A stretch of DNA of 20,733 nucleotides, taken from assembly GCA_030747675.1 (NCBI GenBank), contig JASLKH010000084.1, positions 1 through 20,733 of the forward strand. Reading direction: 5' to 3'. Below the pieces are notes generated by a model that saw only the letters and a program-made list of their open reading frames with translations, did no database searches and was not told the origin of the DNA. This document shows positions 1-12,719 of the stretch, piece after piece. Source of the stretch: Candidatus Thalassarchaeaceae archaeon (GTDB lineage Archaea > Thermoplasmatota > Poseidoniia > Poseidoniales > Thalassarchaeaceae). Made by a program: the position numbers and the translations under genes. Position 1 is the first letter of the stretch, and the number at the start of each line of letters is the position of its first letter.

Positions 1-936
1 AAAATTACTAGATTGCCCATCTTCAACCAGTACAGATTGATTAAAAACTTTAATCCCCGATGGGAATGAACAATCAAGCCAACCCGACCAATTCAACTCA
101 CCGGAATTGTAGATGGTTGCGTTCCAATATACTTCCTCGCCCAAATTTCCATTACTAGATGATGAAAGTGATAGGATTGGCCGAGGCAATGGTGGAGGTC
201 CAATGGAGACCCACACGTTATCAGATTGGATTAAGTTCTGGTTTTCAAATAACCCAACTACAATTTCCCTCTCCCCCTCTGTGAAAGGACCTGCTGTGAA
301 GTTAACTAATTTGGAAGATCCACCCTCCACTATTACAGACAAGTTTTGTGAGTTCAAAGAAAGGTTTCCTGTCCAATTGACATCGCCTGAATTATCTAAC
401 TCAATTAATAGCCATGCATAGTCACCATCACGTAAAGTGGTGTTCAAACTCGCCTCAGCCGTGTCAGCATTAACTGCTATTAGGTCCCAGTTATCTGAAT
501 CTTCCATTGAAATAGCAGCAGGAGAAAGACGGTGGATGTACACTTGGATAAACGAAACGTTACTGCCAAAATCCTGACCTACATCTCCGGTTAATTGCAA
601 GGTAAGAGTATGTACTCCTATCGGGACGGAGGAAATGTTAAACCATTCAATCCCACTTTGTCCAGAAGATAAAGAAACAGAATGGTTTTCTGACGCAAGC
701 AGTACTCCAGATGAATTTGACAGAGTCATTTCAATGAATCCAATGGAATTGCTATTGTGTGCAGTCACATCGACACTAATGTTCACATCCCCTTGCCCAA
801 CGTCTCCATCACCCTCAATTAACAATGAAGAATCAGACATCAAAAGTCCTGAACCTGAGGCTGCAGCAAGCGGTAAATATGTTGATATCAGCAACAAAAT
901 GAAGGTCGCTACTGCTGGTCGAAACCTAACGGCCAT
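1..936 (-). CDS. Secreted/surface glycoprotein with signal peptide and repeated CARDB/Ig-like modules (3' end beyond window)
   Basis: Hand translation gives an open frame from ATG 936 to the window edge (312 codons); it is absent from the ORF track because no stop falls in the window. N-terminus MAVRFRPAVATFILLLISTYLPLAAA is signal-peptide-like. There are 13 N-x-S/T sequons and a repeated motif NSGDVNWTG / NSGELNWSG. Confidence 0.8.
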   Translation of the reverse strand, partial: MAVRFRPAVATFILLLISTYLPLAAASGSGLLMSDSSLLIEGDGDVGQGDVNISVDVTAHNSNSIGFIEMTLSNSSGVLLASENHSVSLSSGQSGIEWFNISSVPIGVHTLTLQLTGDVGQDFGSNVSFIQVYIHRLSPAAISMEDSDNWDLIAVNADTAEASLNTTLRDGDYAWLLIELDNSGDVNWTGNLSLNSQNLSVIVEGGSSKLVNFTAGPFTEGEREIVVGLFENQNLIQSDNVWVSIGPPPLPRPILSLSSSSNGNLGEEVYWNATIYNSGELNWSGWLDCSFPSGIKVFNQSVLVEDGQSSNF

Positions 937-1036
937 AAATTGGTAACAGCCAAGGAGGGTTGAATACCCTTTCCTTCTGAGCGAAGGGCAAACGCTGAAC
1001 CTTTATCCGAAACCTGTTGTTCCGTGACATGTTATC

Positions 1037-1873
1037 ATGGATGTCGCAGACCTTCTCGCCGTCACGCCAGAGGCGCTCGCGGTCAAAATTCTTGAACGAC
1101 GGAAAGCGTTGAAAGACATACTTCCTGGAATTGAATCGAAGAACAAAGATGATGCAGATCGATTACAACCAGAAGTCGAAAAAATTAGATTATTACGGGA
1201 TTCAGGGTTGAATAAGATTTCAGAACTGAAAGCAAAACGTAACGAAGCACAAAAAGAAGCTCGTGATTTACTTAATAACACTAGAATGCTTCGTGAAAAA
1301 ATTTCTGAAACAGGCGGTATGAAGAATTTAGATCCGAATTGGGCGAAGGAAAAATTGGAAGAAGGACTTGCAGATATCGAAACTCGAATTCAAGAAGGTG
1401 CTCTTTCTTTGAATGATGAGCGGCGCTTAATTTCAGAAAGAAAAAGCCTCCTCGAAAAAAATCAAAATTGGCTCGATGAAAGGCGAAAAAGTAACCCCGA
1501 AATAGCAGAATACGTTGACTCAAGAAAGAAAATGCAAAAATTATTTCGGCGAGCAGACAAACTCCACGAAGAAATGCTTGACCTTGTTGAAAGAAATGAA
1601 ACAGAACATTCAAAATTCATCGAAAGTCGCGAAGAATTACGTATCGCTATGCGTCAAGTGGATCGGTCCCGAACCTTGATGAAACAATCCGACACGGCCA
1701 TCATGCATTGGGAAAAAAGGTTGACCGAAGGGTTTGGACTATTGCCAACTGGTGAACCGAACTTGCTCGATGCCGCAGAGAATGTGGAAAAGGGTGGAGT
1801 GTCCTCAGTTCGGAGAAGAAGTGCTGAAATGCCTACAGCCGAATCTTCACCCAATGGTGGTGAGGAAGAATGA
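1037..1873 (+). CDS. Archaeal coiled-coil protein (COG1340-like), paralog 1
   Basis: 278 aa, K/E/R-rich heptads. The central hinge IETRIQEGALSLNDERRLI and His-containing segments ADKLHEEM / ETEHSKF are typical of this family (from recall). Confidence 0.7.
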   Translation: MDVADLLAVTPEALAVKILERRKALKDILPGIESKNKDDADRLQPEVEKIRLLRDSGLNKISELKAKRNEAQKEARDLLNNTRMLREKISETGGMKNLDPNWAKEKLEEGLADIETRIQEGALSLNDERRLISERKSLLEKNQNWLDERRKSNPEIAEYVDSRKKMQKLFRRADKLHEEMLDLVERNETEHSKFIESREELRIAMRQVDRSRTLMKQSDTAIMHWEKRLTEGFGLLPTGEPNLLDAAENVEKGGVSSVRRRSAEMPTAESSPNGGEEE

Positions 1874-2883
1874 GTGCTTCACCCTCGAAAAAGAAATCCA
1901 ATAATAAGCCTGGCTTGTTCGATGATTTAGTTGATCTTACGGAGCGTGAAATTGATGAAAGGGCTAAATCAATTCGTGCATCAATCGCAGTGAGCGAAAA
2001 GGAATATGAATCTCTGCAATCTGAACGAGCTACACTGATTGCACTGGTGCAGTCTCTACGAGAAATTCAAGACAAATATCGCGGCAATAGCAAGGAAAGA
2101 AGTAAACACTTGGGGAAATTTAGAAATTTAAGGTCAAAAGCAGATAAAATTCGTGCAGAAAGAGATGCAATCAATGAATCAGTTCCGCCTCCACTGGAAA
2201 TTATCGAACAAAGGCTAGCGCAAACTTACCGCAGATTAGCAATGCATCAAAACGATCTAGTTCGCATGCCAAATACTGATCACGAAATTCGATTATTCAC
2301 ATTTTTCTTTGAACTCCAACAAATGCATTCCCGCAAGTCACATGGTAATAAATTACATCAACAATATGTAGAGTTATTGCGAGAACAAGAGAGTAAATTG
2401 AAAGAATTAGACAGATTGACAGCAGAGAAAAATACCGATTTTGAACAAAATAAAGGCGGCGAAGATGAACCCATTGATGAAACACAAGCAAATCCGAAAG
2501 AAATTCGTAGGATGAATAAGCAAATCGCCGCAATGTTAGAAAATATTCGAGAGCAGAGAGATGATATCAAGAAATTGCGGCGTGAGGCAGGTAGACTTGA
2601 AGCAGGATTACGGCTAAAGAAAAAGAAGGGCCTAGAAAAGAAAAGAAATGTTGGACCTCGATTAGAAGATGTAAAACAAAGGGCAATTAGTGGTGAGAAA
2701 ATATCTCTTGATGATTTGGGGGCTTTATTGAAAGGAGGAGGGTTGTCAAAATTATCCTCTGAGGGAGATGACAAAAAGTCGGGATCATCATCTAGTGGCA
2801 AGACAAAACGTCGACAAGCAACTGCTAAGCGTGGTACAAGGCGCAGGACTACTACTGAAGAAAGAGAACGGCGTCGAGGATGA
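1870..2883 (+). CDS. Archaeal coiled-coil protein (COG1340-like), paralog 2, with very basic C-terminal tail
   Basis: 337 aa, ATGA overlap with the upstream gene. Long heptad regions, C-terminal motif SGEKISLDDLGALLKGG, then a K/R-rich tail. Confidence 0.7.
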   Translation: MSASPSKKKSNNKPGLFDDLVDLTEREIDERAKSIRASIAVSEKEYESLQSERATLIALVQSLREIQDKYRGNSKERSKHLGKFRNLRSKADKIRAERDAINESVPPPLEIIEQRLAQTYRRLAMHQNDLVRMPNTDHEIRLFTFFFELQQMHSRKSHGNKLHQQYVELLREQESKLKELDRLTAEKNTDFEQNKGGEDEPIDETQANPKEIRRMNKQIAAMLENIREQRDDIKKLRREAGRLEAGLRLKKKKGLEKKRNVGPRLEDVKQRAISGEKISLDDLGALLKGGGLSKLSSEGDDKKSGSSSSGKTKRRQATAKRGTRRRTTTEERERRRG

Positions 2884-2887
2884 TAAT

Positions 2888-3409
2888 GTGCGACTTAGTT
2901 GGTCTCTCAATTCATCCCAAAAAACGTGGTCTGAGAAAAAAATTCAATCCGCATACAAATTAATTCTTGACACGACAGGTGAAGCATATTCTCTTGATCG
3001 ATTACGAATGTTGCCATTGGCGACGGACTTTGGAAATTGGGTGTTGCAAGAAAAAGATGGAGGTGCAGAAATAAAGGGTTTACTTTGGGTGATGAAAATT
3101 TCAGATTTCACCTGTAGAGTTCTCGTCTTTTCTGTAAATTCATTACTGCAAAGGAAAGGGTTTGGAACTGCTGCATGGTCCTTGTTTTCAAAAAAAGCTC
3201 TTGATTTAGGATTTGAATCAGTCCAATTGGAAGTCCGAGTAGATAACCTTCAAGCGATTTCTATGTACATGCATTGGGGGTTAAAGCCAGTCGGCGTGAT
3301 TACGAAATATTACCGTGATTCAGATGCATGGTTGATGCAAGGTTTACTGAGATCAACTGAGCGTCAGAATGATGCCCTTTCACGGCCACGACCACCACAT
3401 GCGAGATAG
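2888..3409 (+). CDS. RimI/Ard1-like GNAT N-acetyltransferase
   Basis: Acetyl-CoA motif QRKGFG and RimI-type signature LEVRVDNLQAISMY...KYYRDSDAWLM. Likely start is GTG 2888, 4 nt after the upstream stop and behind GAGGA; the ORF-track start at 2768 overlaps the previous gene. Confidence 0.85.
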   Translation: MRLSWSLNSSQKTWSEKKIQSAYKLILDTTGEAYSLDRLRMLPLATDFGNWVLQEKDGGAEIKGLLWVMKISDFTCRVLVFSVNSLLQRKGFGTAAWSLFSKKALDLGFESVQLEVRVDNLQAISMYMHWGLKPVGVITKYYRDSDAWLMQGLLRSTERQNDALSRPRPPHAR

Positions 3410-3731
3410 AATATTGGCGGACCTATCGGATTTGAACGGTGTTCAATGGGTAGCCCTAATTGGTCCAGAAGCCCTACCAATTTCCATTCACCCTCACTCT
3501 GATCAAGCAGAAAATGCGGCTGCAATGTGGCTTGGCTTAGAGGCGCGTGCAGAAGTATTACTGGGTGGTGTTCCTGAAAAATTCACACTCCGTTCTGATT
3601 CAGCAATAATGTTGTCACATAGAGTAGACCTTGGACACATCATTCTCATGCGAGCCGATGTGGGCACAAACCTTGGTGGGTTAAGGAATTCAATAAACGA
3701 TGCCGCTGAACTAATCGGAACTTTTCTTTAA
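3399..3731 (+). CDS. Roadblock/LC7 (MglB-like) domain protein
   Basis: ~110 aa with the Roadblock pattern: ILADLSDLNGVQWVALIGPEALPI...AAAMW...beta strands...NLGGLRNSINDAAELI. The start could instead be 3369/3372, which would add a His-rich MPFHGHDHH. Confidence 0.75.
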   Translation: MRDRILADLSDLNGVQWVALIGPEALPISIHPHSDQAENAAAMWLGLEARAEVLLGGVPEKFTLRSDSAIMLSHRVDLGHIILMRADVGTNLGGLRNSINDAAELIGTFL

Positions 3732-4420
3732 TCAAAAAGAGGCCCGAGTAATTGGACTCCTGCACCAGTGACATCCATGGCCTGTTTTTCCATAGAATGG
3801 CGCACATGTCTCATTTTCTCAATTTGCATTGTCCGGACAATCTGACCATTTCGACGATCAAGACCAAGATTCAAAATTGCATCTGCAAGGAACCCTTCAT
3901 TGCCTTCAAGTTCTGCATTTTCTCCTGCCTGTCTTTCAGTGATTACGAATGTGTGCAGATTCTGACTACGACAATATTCAAAAAACCGGAACATCCGTTT
4001 CCTCATTTCCTCGTCGACACGTGTCAGACTGTAAATAGCCCCCAACGAATCCAGTACAAATACTGAAAATGCATCCCCTCGTTCACGTTTATAATGCTCA
4101 ATCATTTTTTGCGTGAATTTTAGATAATCCATGGCTTCATTTTCATTCCTCAATTCAGTGAAATCAGTTATTTGCAAATTTTGTGGGAGGGATAGTCCAA
4201 GGGAATTTGTAGCACGAAGTAAACTACCAGTAGTTTCCTCAACAGTACAATACAACCCGAAACCACCAGATTGACGCAGATGGTTTGACGCTATTGACAA
4301 ACAAAATGATGATTTCATTGACCCAGGTGGACCAGTAACCAATGTCAAATACGGTGCTGAAGCATCAGAAGATAGGACTCGTTCCATCCCAGGCATTCCA
4401 TCAATAAACATACGAACCAT
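3728..4420 (-). CDS. Single-domain KaiC/RAD55-like (RecA superfamily) ATPase
   Basis: Walker A variant GPPGSMKS, catalytic EE (TVEET), Walker B VFVLDS, C-terminal IEKMRH. An alternative start is ATG 4411. Confidence 0.85.
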   Translation of the reverse strand: MVRMFIDGMPGMERVLSSDASAPYLTLVTGPPGSMKSSFCLSIASNHLRQSGGFGLYCTVEETTGSLLRATNSLGLSLPQNLQITDFTELRNENEAMDYLKFTQKMIEHYKRERGDAFSVFVLDSLGAIYSLTRVDEEMRKRMFRFFEYCRSQNLHTFVITERQAGENAELEGNEGFLADAILNLGLDRRNGQIVRTMQIEKMRHVRHSMEKQAMDVTGAGVQLLGPLFD

Positions 4421-4431
4421 TCCTTCCCATT

Positions 4432-4448
4432 ATTAAACAGGGTTTAAT
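4432..4448. promoter_or_regulatory. Palindrome ATTAAAC-AGG-GTTTAAT presenting TTTAAT TATA-like boxes on both strands of a divergent promoter
   Basis: Perfect 7-bp inverted repeat with 3-nt spacer in the divergent intergenic region. Function is inferred. Confidence 0.4.
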
Positions 4449-4485
4449 CGTTATCTCAAGCAAGAATGGAAATAATTGCTAGTGA

Positions 4486-4556
4486 TTCATCGAATGAAAC
4501 GCCCCCATAGGGGGCGGTGCGGAATAGAGCACCGTTATATGGACCCGCTATTTCCG
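4486..4556. promoter_or_regulatory. Cluster of overlapping inverted repeats around a TTATAT box upstream of coiled-coil 3/purP
   Basis: TTCAT-cga-ATGAA; CGCCCCC-ata-GGGGGCG (4500-4516); CGGTGC-8nt-GCACCG (4515-4534); CGGAATAG...CTATT(T)CCG (4520-4556). TTATAT lies at 4535-4540. Confidence 0.4.
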
Positions 4557-4598
4557 ATGTGTGTTAGCAAGTCCGGTATTGTCTTGCAGAGGGGTGAA

Positions 4599-5507
4599 AT
4601 GATGGAAGAACTCAAGCCTCAACTCGACGAACTTCGTAAGTCGGTCGATACAAAAGCCACAGAAAATCGAGATGTAAGGGACGGTTGGAATGGAAAAACA
4701 CGTGAATTCCTCACAACGAGAAATTCATTCAATGCCCAGGTTCGAGAATTGATCTCCGAAGTCCAGCGACAAAAATCAATTCGTGATGAGGCGAACGCTT
4801 CTGTACGCGATGCAAAAAGTGTACGTTCGGAAAAGAATCAATCGGTGAAAGATGCGAAACAAGCAGTGCAACAAATTACTGGTGAGAGCGATCAAGTGCC
4901 AGAATCACGGAGTGGTGGTCGCGATTGGAGAAAAAGAGAAAAAAAAGAAACACCGATGATGTTGAAAAAAACCCTTCGGCGGCTTGAAGGTGAATTTGAG
5001 AGAGGAATTCATACCGGAAAGAATGAGAAAAAAGTCATGGAGAAAATGAAGAGAATCCAGCAAAAAATTCGTGGCATGGAGCATGCTGAAAGCAGTAATA
5101 CTGAATTGAAGGGAGCAAGAGATGCTCTCACTGCTGCAATTAATGAACAAGAAATTGCACACCAAGCCGTGACTGAGGCTGCTGAATCCGCTCAAGAAGC
5201 GCATGATTTGATGATTAAATTGTCAGAGGAGGTAGATAGGCTTCGTGAAAAAGCAGATTCCGCTCAGGCTAAAGTACGCCGTGCGAAGCGAGAAGCTGAT
5301 GGTGCACATCAATCATACATTGTTAGTTTACGATGCCTCCATTCAATTCAAGATATTCTCAGGGCAAAGCGAAATCGAGAAACTGGTAAAGAAACCAAAT
5401 CAAGTGGGCAAACTGCTCGTGTAGGAGTTGCAGATCTCATGGAACGACTGATGGATGGAGATGAACTTTCAGTCGAGGACTTGATGGCACTCCAACGGGG
5501 CGGTTGA
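4599..5507 (+). CDS. Archaeal coiled-coil protein (COG1340-like), paralog 3
   Basis: ATG 4599/4602 follows the SD-like GAGGGGTGA; the ORF-track start at 4476 is probably an extension. Heptads, hinge LRRLEGEFERG...EKKVMEKM, and C-terminal DGDELSVEDLMALQRGG. Confidence 0.75.
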   Translation: MMEELKPQLDELRKSVDTKATENRDVRDGWNGKTREFLTTRNSFNAQVRELISEVQRQKSIRDEANASVRDAKSVRSEKNQSVKDAKQAVQQITGESDQVPESRSGGRDWRKREKKETPMMLKKTLRRLEGEFERGIHTGKNEKKVMEKMKRIQQKIRGMEHAESSNTELKGARDALTAAINEQEIAHQAVTEAAESAQEAHDLMIKLSEEVDRLREKADSAQAKVRRAKREADGAHQSYIVSLRCLHSIQDILRAKRNRETGKETKSSGQTARVGVADLMERLMDGDELSVEDLMALQRGG

Positions 5508-5508
5508 G

Positions 5509-6666
5509 ATGATTGAGGCGCCCGAAATCAATTCAATTCTCGAAGATTATGATAAACTCAAGTTACGTATTGGCATGACTGCTAGTCATAGTGCTCTTGA
5601 TATCTGTGATGGAGCAATCGAAGAGGGTTTTCCCACTGTCGCCTATTGTCAAAAAGGACGTGAAAAAACCTATTCTGAGTACTTTCGGACGCAACGAACA
5701 TCATCGGGAAGAGTCCGGAGAGGAATGGTTGACAAAGCTATCGTTTTGGATAAATTTAACGATGTGATGAATCCTAATTTCCAGAAACAAATGCGCGAAA
5801 GAAATGTTGTTTATATCCCAAATCGTTCATTCACATCCTACAGTTCAATAAATTCAATTGAGAATGATTTCCATGTGCCGCTATTTGGTAGCCGCAACAT
5901 GCTAAGGATGGAGGAAAGAACTGAAGAACAAGATTATTATTGGATTCTTGAAAAAGCTGGATTACCCTATCCTGAAGAAATAAACAATCCAGAAGATATT
6001 GATTGCCTTGCCATTGTGAAATTACATCATGCAGAGAAAAAACTTGAACGCGGATTTTTCACTTGCTCATCGCATCAGGAGTATGTCGAAAAGTCGCAAG
6101 AATTACTGAAACAAGGGGTCATTGACCAGGCGAGTTTGGAAGGGGCAAGAATTGAACGGTACGTTATCGGTCCAGTTTTTAATTTGAACTTCTTTTACAG
6201 CCCATTGGAAGAAGAAATGCCCAAATTGGAATTGCTCGGCGTGGATTGGAGATTTGAATCGAGTTTGGATGGCCATGTTCGATTGCCTGCACCTCAGCAA
6301 ATGACAATGCCTGCAAATCAGCAAATACCTGAGATGACAGTGGTAGGACATAACACAGCTACGATTCGTGAAAGTTTACTTGAAAAGGCATTTGAGCTTG
6401 GTGAAAAATTCATTTCTGCGAGTAAAGAACATTACGACCCCGGTATTATCGGGCCATTCTGCCTCCAAACATGTATTGACAAAGACATGGGGTACTACAT
6501 TTATGATGTTGCACCAAGGCTTGGAGGTGGCACCAATGTTCATGTCAGCGTCGGGCATCCTTACGGAAATGCAACTTGGAGAAAGCCGGTTAGTAGTGGT
6601 CGACGGATTGCGATGGAAATTCGTAGAGCTGTTGAACAAGATAGACTGAATGAAGTATTAACATAA
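5509..6666 (+). CDS. purP: PurP-family formate--phosphoribosylaminoimidazolecarboxamide (AICAR) ligase, ATP-grasp
   Basis: Motifs ASHSALDICDGAIEEGF, PNRSF, HAEKKLERGFF, IGPFCLQ, APRLGGGTN, GRRIAMEI. Confidence 0.88.
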   Translation: MIEAPEINSILEDYDKLKLRIGMTASHSALDICDGAIEEGFPTVAYCQKGREKTYSEYFRTQRTSSGRVRRGMVDKAIVLDKFNDVMNPNFQKQMRERNVVYIPNRSFTSYSSINSIENDFHVPLFGSRNMLRMEERTEEQDYYWILEKAGLPYPEEINNPEDIDCLAIVKLHHAEKKLERGFFTCSSHQEYVEKSQELLKQGVIDQASLEGARIERYVIGPVFNLNFFYSPLEEEMPKLELLGVDWRFESSLDGHVRLPAPQQMTMPANQQIPEMTVVGHNTATIRESLLEKAFELGEKFISASKEHYDPGIIGPFCLQTCIDKDMGYYIYDVAPRLGGGTNVHVSVGHPYGNATWRKPVSSGRRIAMEIRRAVEQDRLNEVLT

Positions 6667-7629
6667 CTAGGGCAGAGGAACTATCTCACCAGTTAAACCA
6701 TGGATTAGGACGTCACCCCTACTTGGAATTGTTATTTGCCAAGCAGGTAATAATGCCAACCTTGGAATCATCTCAGCCGAAGAAGGATCTAGTTTCCACC
6801 AATGGAGGACACTTCCTTGAACTTGGCTAGTACCTGATTTCTCGGTGATTGTGAAGTGCCTACGTTCCTCACATAGTGATGCAAGATGTGGTGCTAAGAT
6901 GGACTCATCTTGCCATGAATTCGGTTGAAATTGGTGCAACTTCGGAATGAAATCCAAAACTTCCACCTTACCTAAATGATCTATCTCATTTGTGAATGGA
7001 TCTTCAAGGAGTTCCCACCATTGCCTCTCTGCAGCGTCATTTGGCCCCCGCAAAATACCTGTCACTGACCATATCCTAGCATTAAGCAAGACTGGGCGTG
7101 GATTTACATTCGATTGACCAAGGTTCTGAATTATGGATTCTAATTTGACTATTGGACGTAAAGCACTAGGTTCAGTACTAATTAACCTCCGTTCAAGACC
7201 AAGTGATTCTTCCTCAAAAACTGTGCCCGGTACAGACTGTGGAATTGAATCAGGAATTGAGGCATTTAAATCACCGTTCAGTATTGCTTCACCTAACCAT
7301 TGTGCAAATCGATCAGGGCCCCATACATCATAGTTGACATCTCGTCTTGAGGGTTGATTCTCCATACGTAATACCCGTTCAGAAAGCAACCAATGGGTGC
7401 CTTCAGGGGCATCGACTAACCAACGCTCAATTTCTAATGAGTCAAGTGGAGCCCAACCGTCATAAGCATGCCAAAGATGTGTTCCTGATGGCAAATCAGG
7501 CGCACTTCGGGTTCCCGGAGGAGTTGAGATAATTCCTAAAAGGTTTATTCCAGGGCAAGGAGGATGTGGAGGAGCGGGTGAAATAATAGCCCCTAATTGA
7601 GCCAACAAATCCCTGATTAGGCCTTCCAT
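6667..7629 (-). CDS. Conserved-looking hypothetical protein (~320 aa), Trp/Pro-rich
   Basis: Long ORF filling the gap. Probable start is ATG 7629, downstream of a TTTATA box at 7675-7670; the ORF-track TTG 7722 overlaps the rpl30e stop. Confidence 0.7.
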   Translation of the reverse strand: MEGLIRDLLAQLGAIISPAPPHPPCPGINLLGIISTPPGTRSAPDLPSGTHLWHAYDGWAPLDSLEIERWLVDAPEGTHWLLSERVLRMENQPSRRDVNYDVWGPDRFAQWLGEAILNGDLNASIPDSIPQSVPGTVFEEESLGLERRLISTEPSALRPIVKLESIIQNLGQSNVNPRPVLLNARIWSVTGILRGPNDAAERQWWELLEDPFTNEIDHLGKVEVLDFIPKLHQFQPNSWQDESILAPHLASLCEERRHFTITEKSGTSQVQGSVLHWWKLDPSSAEMIPRLALLPAWQITIPSRGDVLIHGLTGEIVPLP

Positions 7630-7669
7630 TACCGACGACGGTGGACGCGCACACCTTGAACACTGCGTG

Positions 7670-7675
7670 TATAAA
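7670..7675 (-). promoter_or_regulatory. TATA box (TTTATA) for the hypothetical gene after rpl30e
   Basis: GGGTTTATAC on the minus strand, 41-46 nt upstream of ATG 7629. Confidence 0.45.
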
Positions 7676-7718
7676 CCCATCAATAGAGACAAATTAGATT
7701 GGAGTTTAAGACTTCCAC

Positions 7719-8018
7719 TCAATCTAAATTTGGACGGAGGCTAAGCAACTCACTGCTGCCCTCATCAAGTACACATATCGCACTAACAGAGAACGGTTTA
7801 CCACAAGCTGCACCAAGTTCACGATTGACTAAATCGACGCGGTGCATAGGGACATCTGGGTGCCTCGCACGCAAATTGTCAATGAAATTTTGTGGACAAT
7901 TTGCCGCAAATATCACCAATTTAGCATCACCTCTTCCACAACCGTCTGTTGCTTGGTTCTGACCGAAGGTCATATTTCCGCTACTTGCTGCTGTCTTCAA
8001 TTGACGACTAATGTCCAT
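7719..8018 (-). CDS. rpl30e: 50S ribosomal protein L30e
   Basis: L7Ae/L30e family pattern (AKLVIFAANCP, ELGAACGKPFSVSAICVLDEGSS) in the canonical position after rpoA2. Confidence 0.93.
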   Translation of the reverse strand: MDISRQLKTAASSGNMTFGQNQATDGCGRGDAKLVIFAANCPQNFIDNLRARHPDVPMHRVDLVNRELGAACGKPFSVSAICVLDEGSSELLSLRPNLD

Positions 8019-8061
8019 TCATATTCCTCCATTCTCCACATTTGCTTCCCATGGAATATAT

Positions 8062-12715
<4,654 letters not shown>

Positions 12716-12719
<4 letters not shown>

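Noticed and set aside
113-946. Plus-strand ORFs 113-421 and 635-946
   Set aside because: Antisense shadows of the minus-strand secreted protein, which has a signal peptide and an uninterrupted frame.
956-970. GGGTATTCAA 10-mer shared between 960-969 and 17173-17182, within an AGGGT-n5-ACCCT repeat
   Set aside because: One shared 10-mer among the intergenic sequence is near chance expectation, and its orientation relative to the nearest genes is inconsistent.
2190-2199. TCCACTGGAA resembling an origin recognition box
   Set aside because: Single copy inside a CDS, with no G-string, no AT-rich unwinding element and no cdc6/orc1 nearby.
3728-4420. Circadian kaiC or radA/radB assignment
   Set aside because: Single domain, no kaiA/kaiB nearby, and no RadA N-terminal domain. 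Only the family-level call is supported.
4476-4598. 41-aa N-terminal extension of coiled-coil 3 in the ORF track
   Set aside because: It runs through the inverted repeats and TATA-like box. A good SD precedes ATG 4599/4602.
4450-4598. ZTP (pfl) or purine riboswitch upstream of purP
   Set aside because: The conserved sequence blocks of those families are not recognisable. Kept only as an unclassified structured-leader candidate.
4931-4973. A-runs as frameshift or phase-variation sites
   Set aside because: They encode Lys/Glu/Arg-rich coiled coil in an intact frame and are not in a canonical slippery phase.
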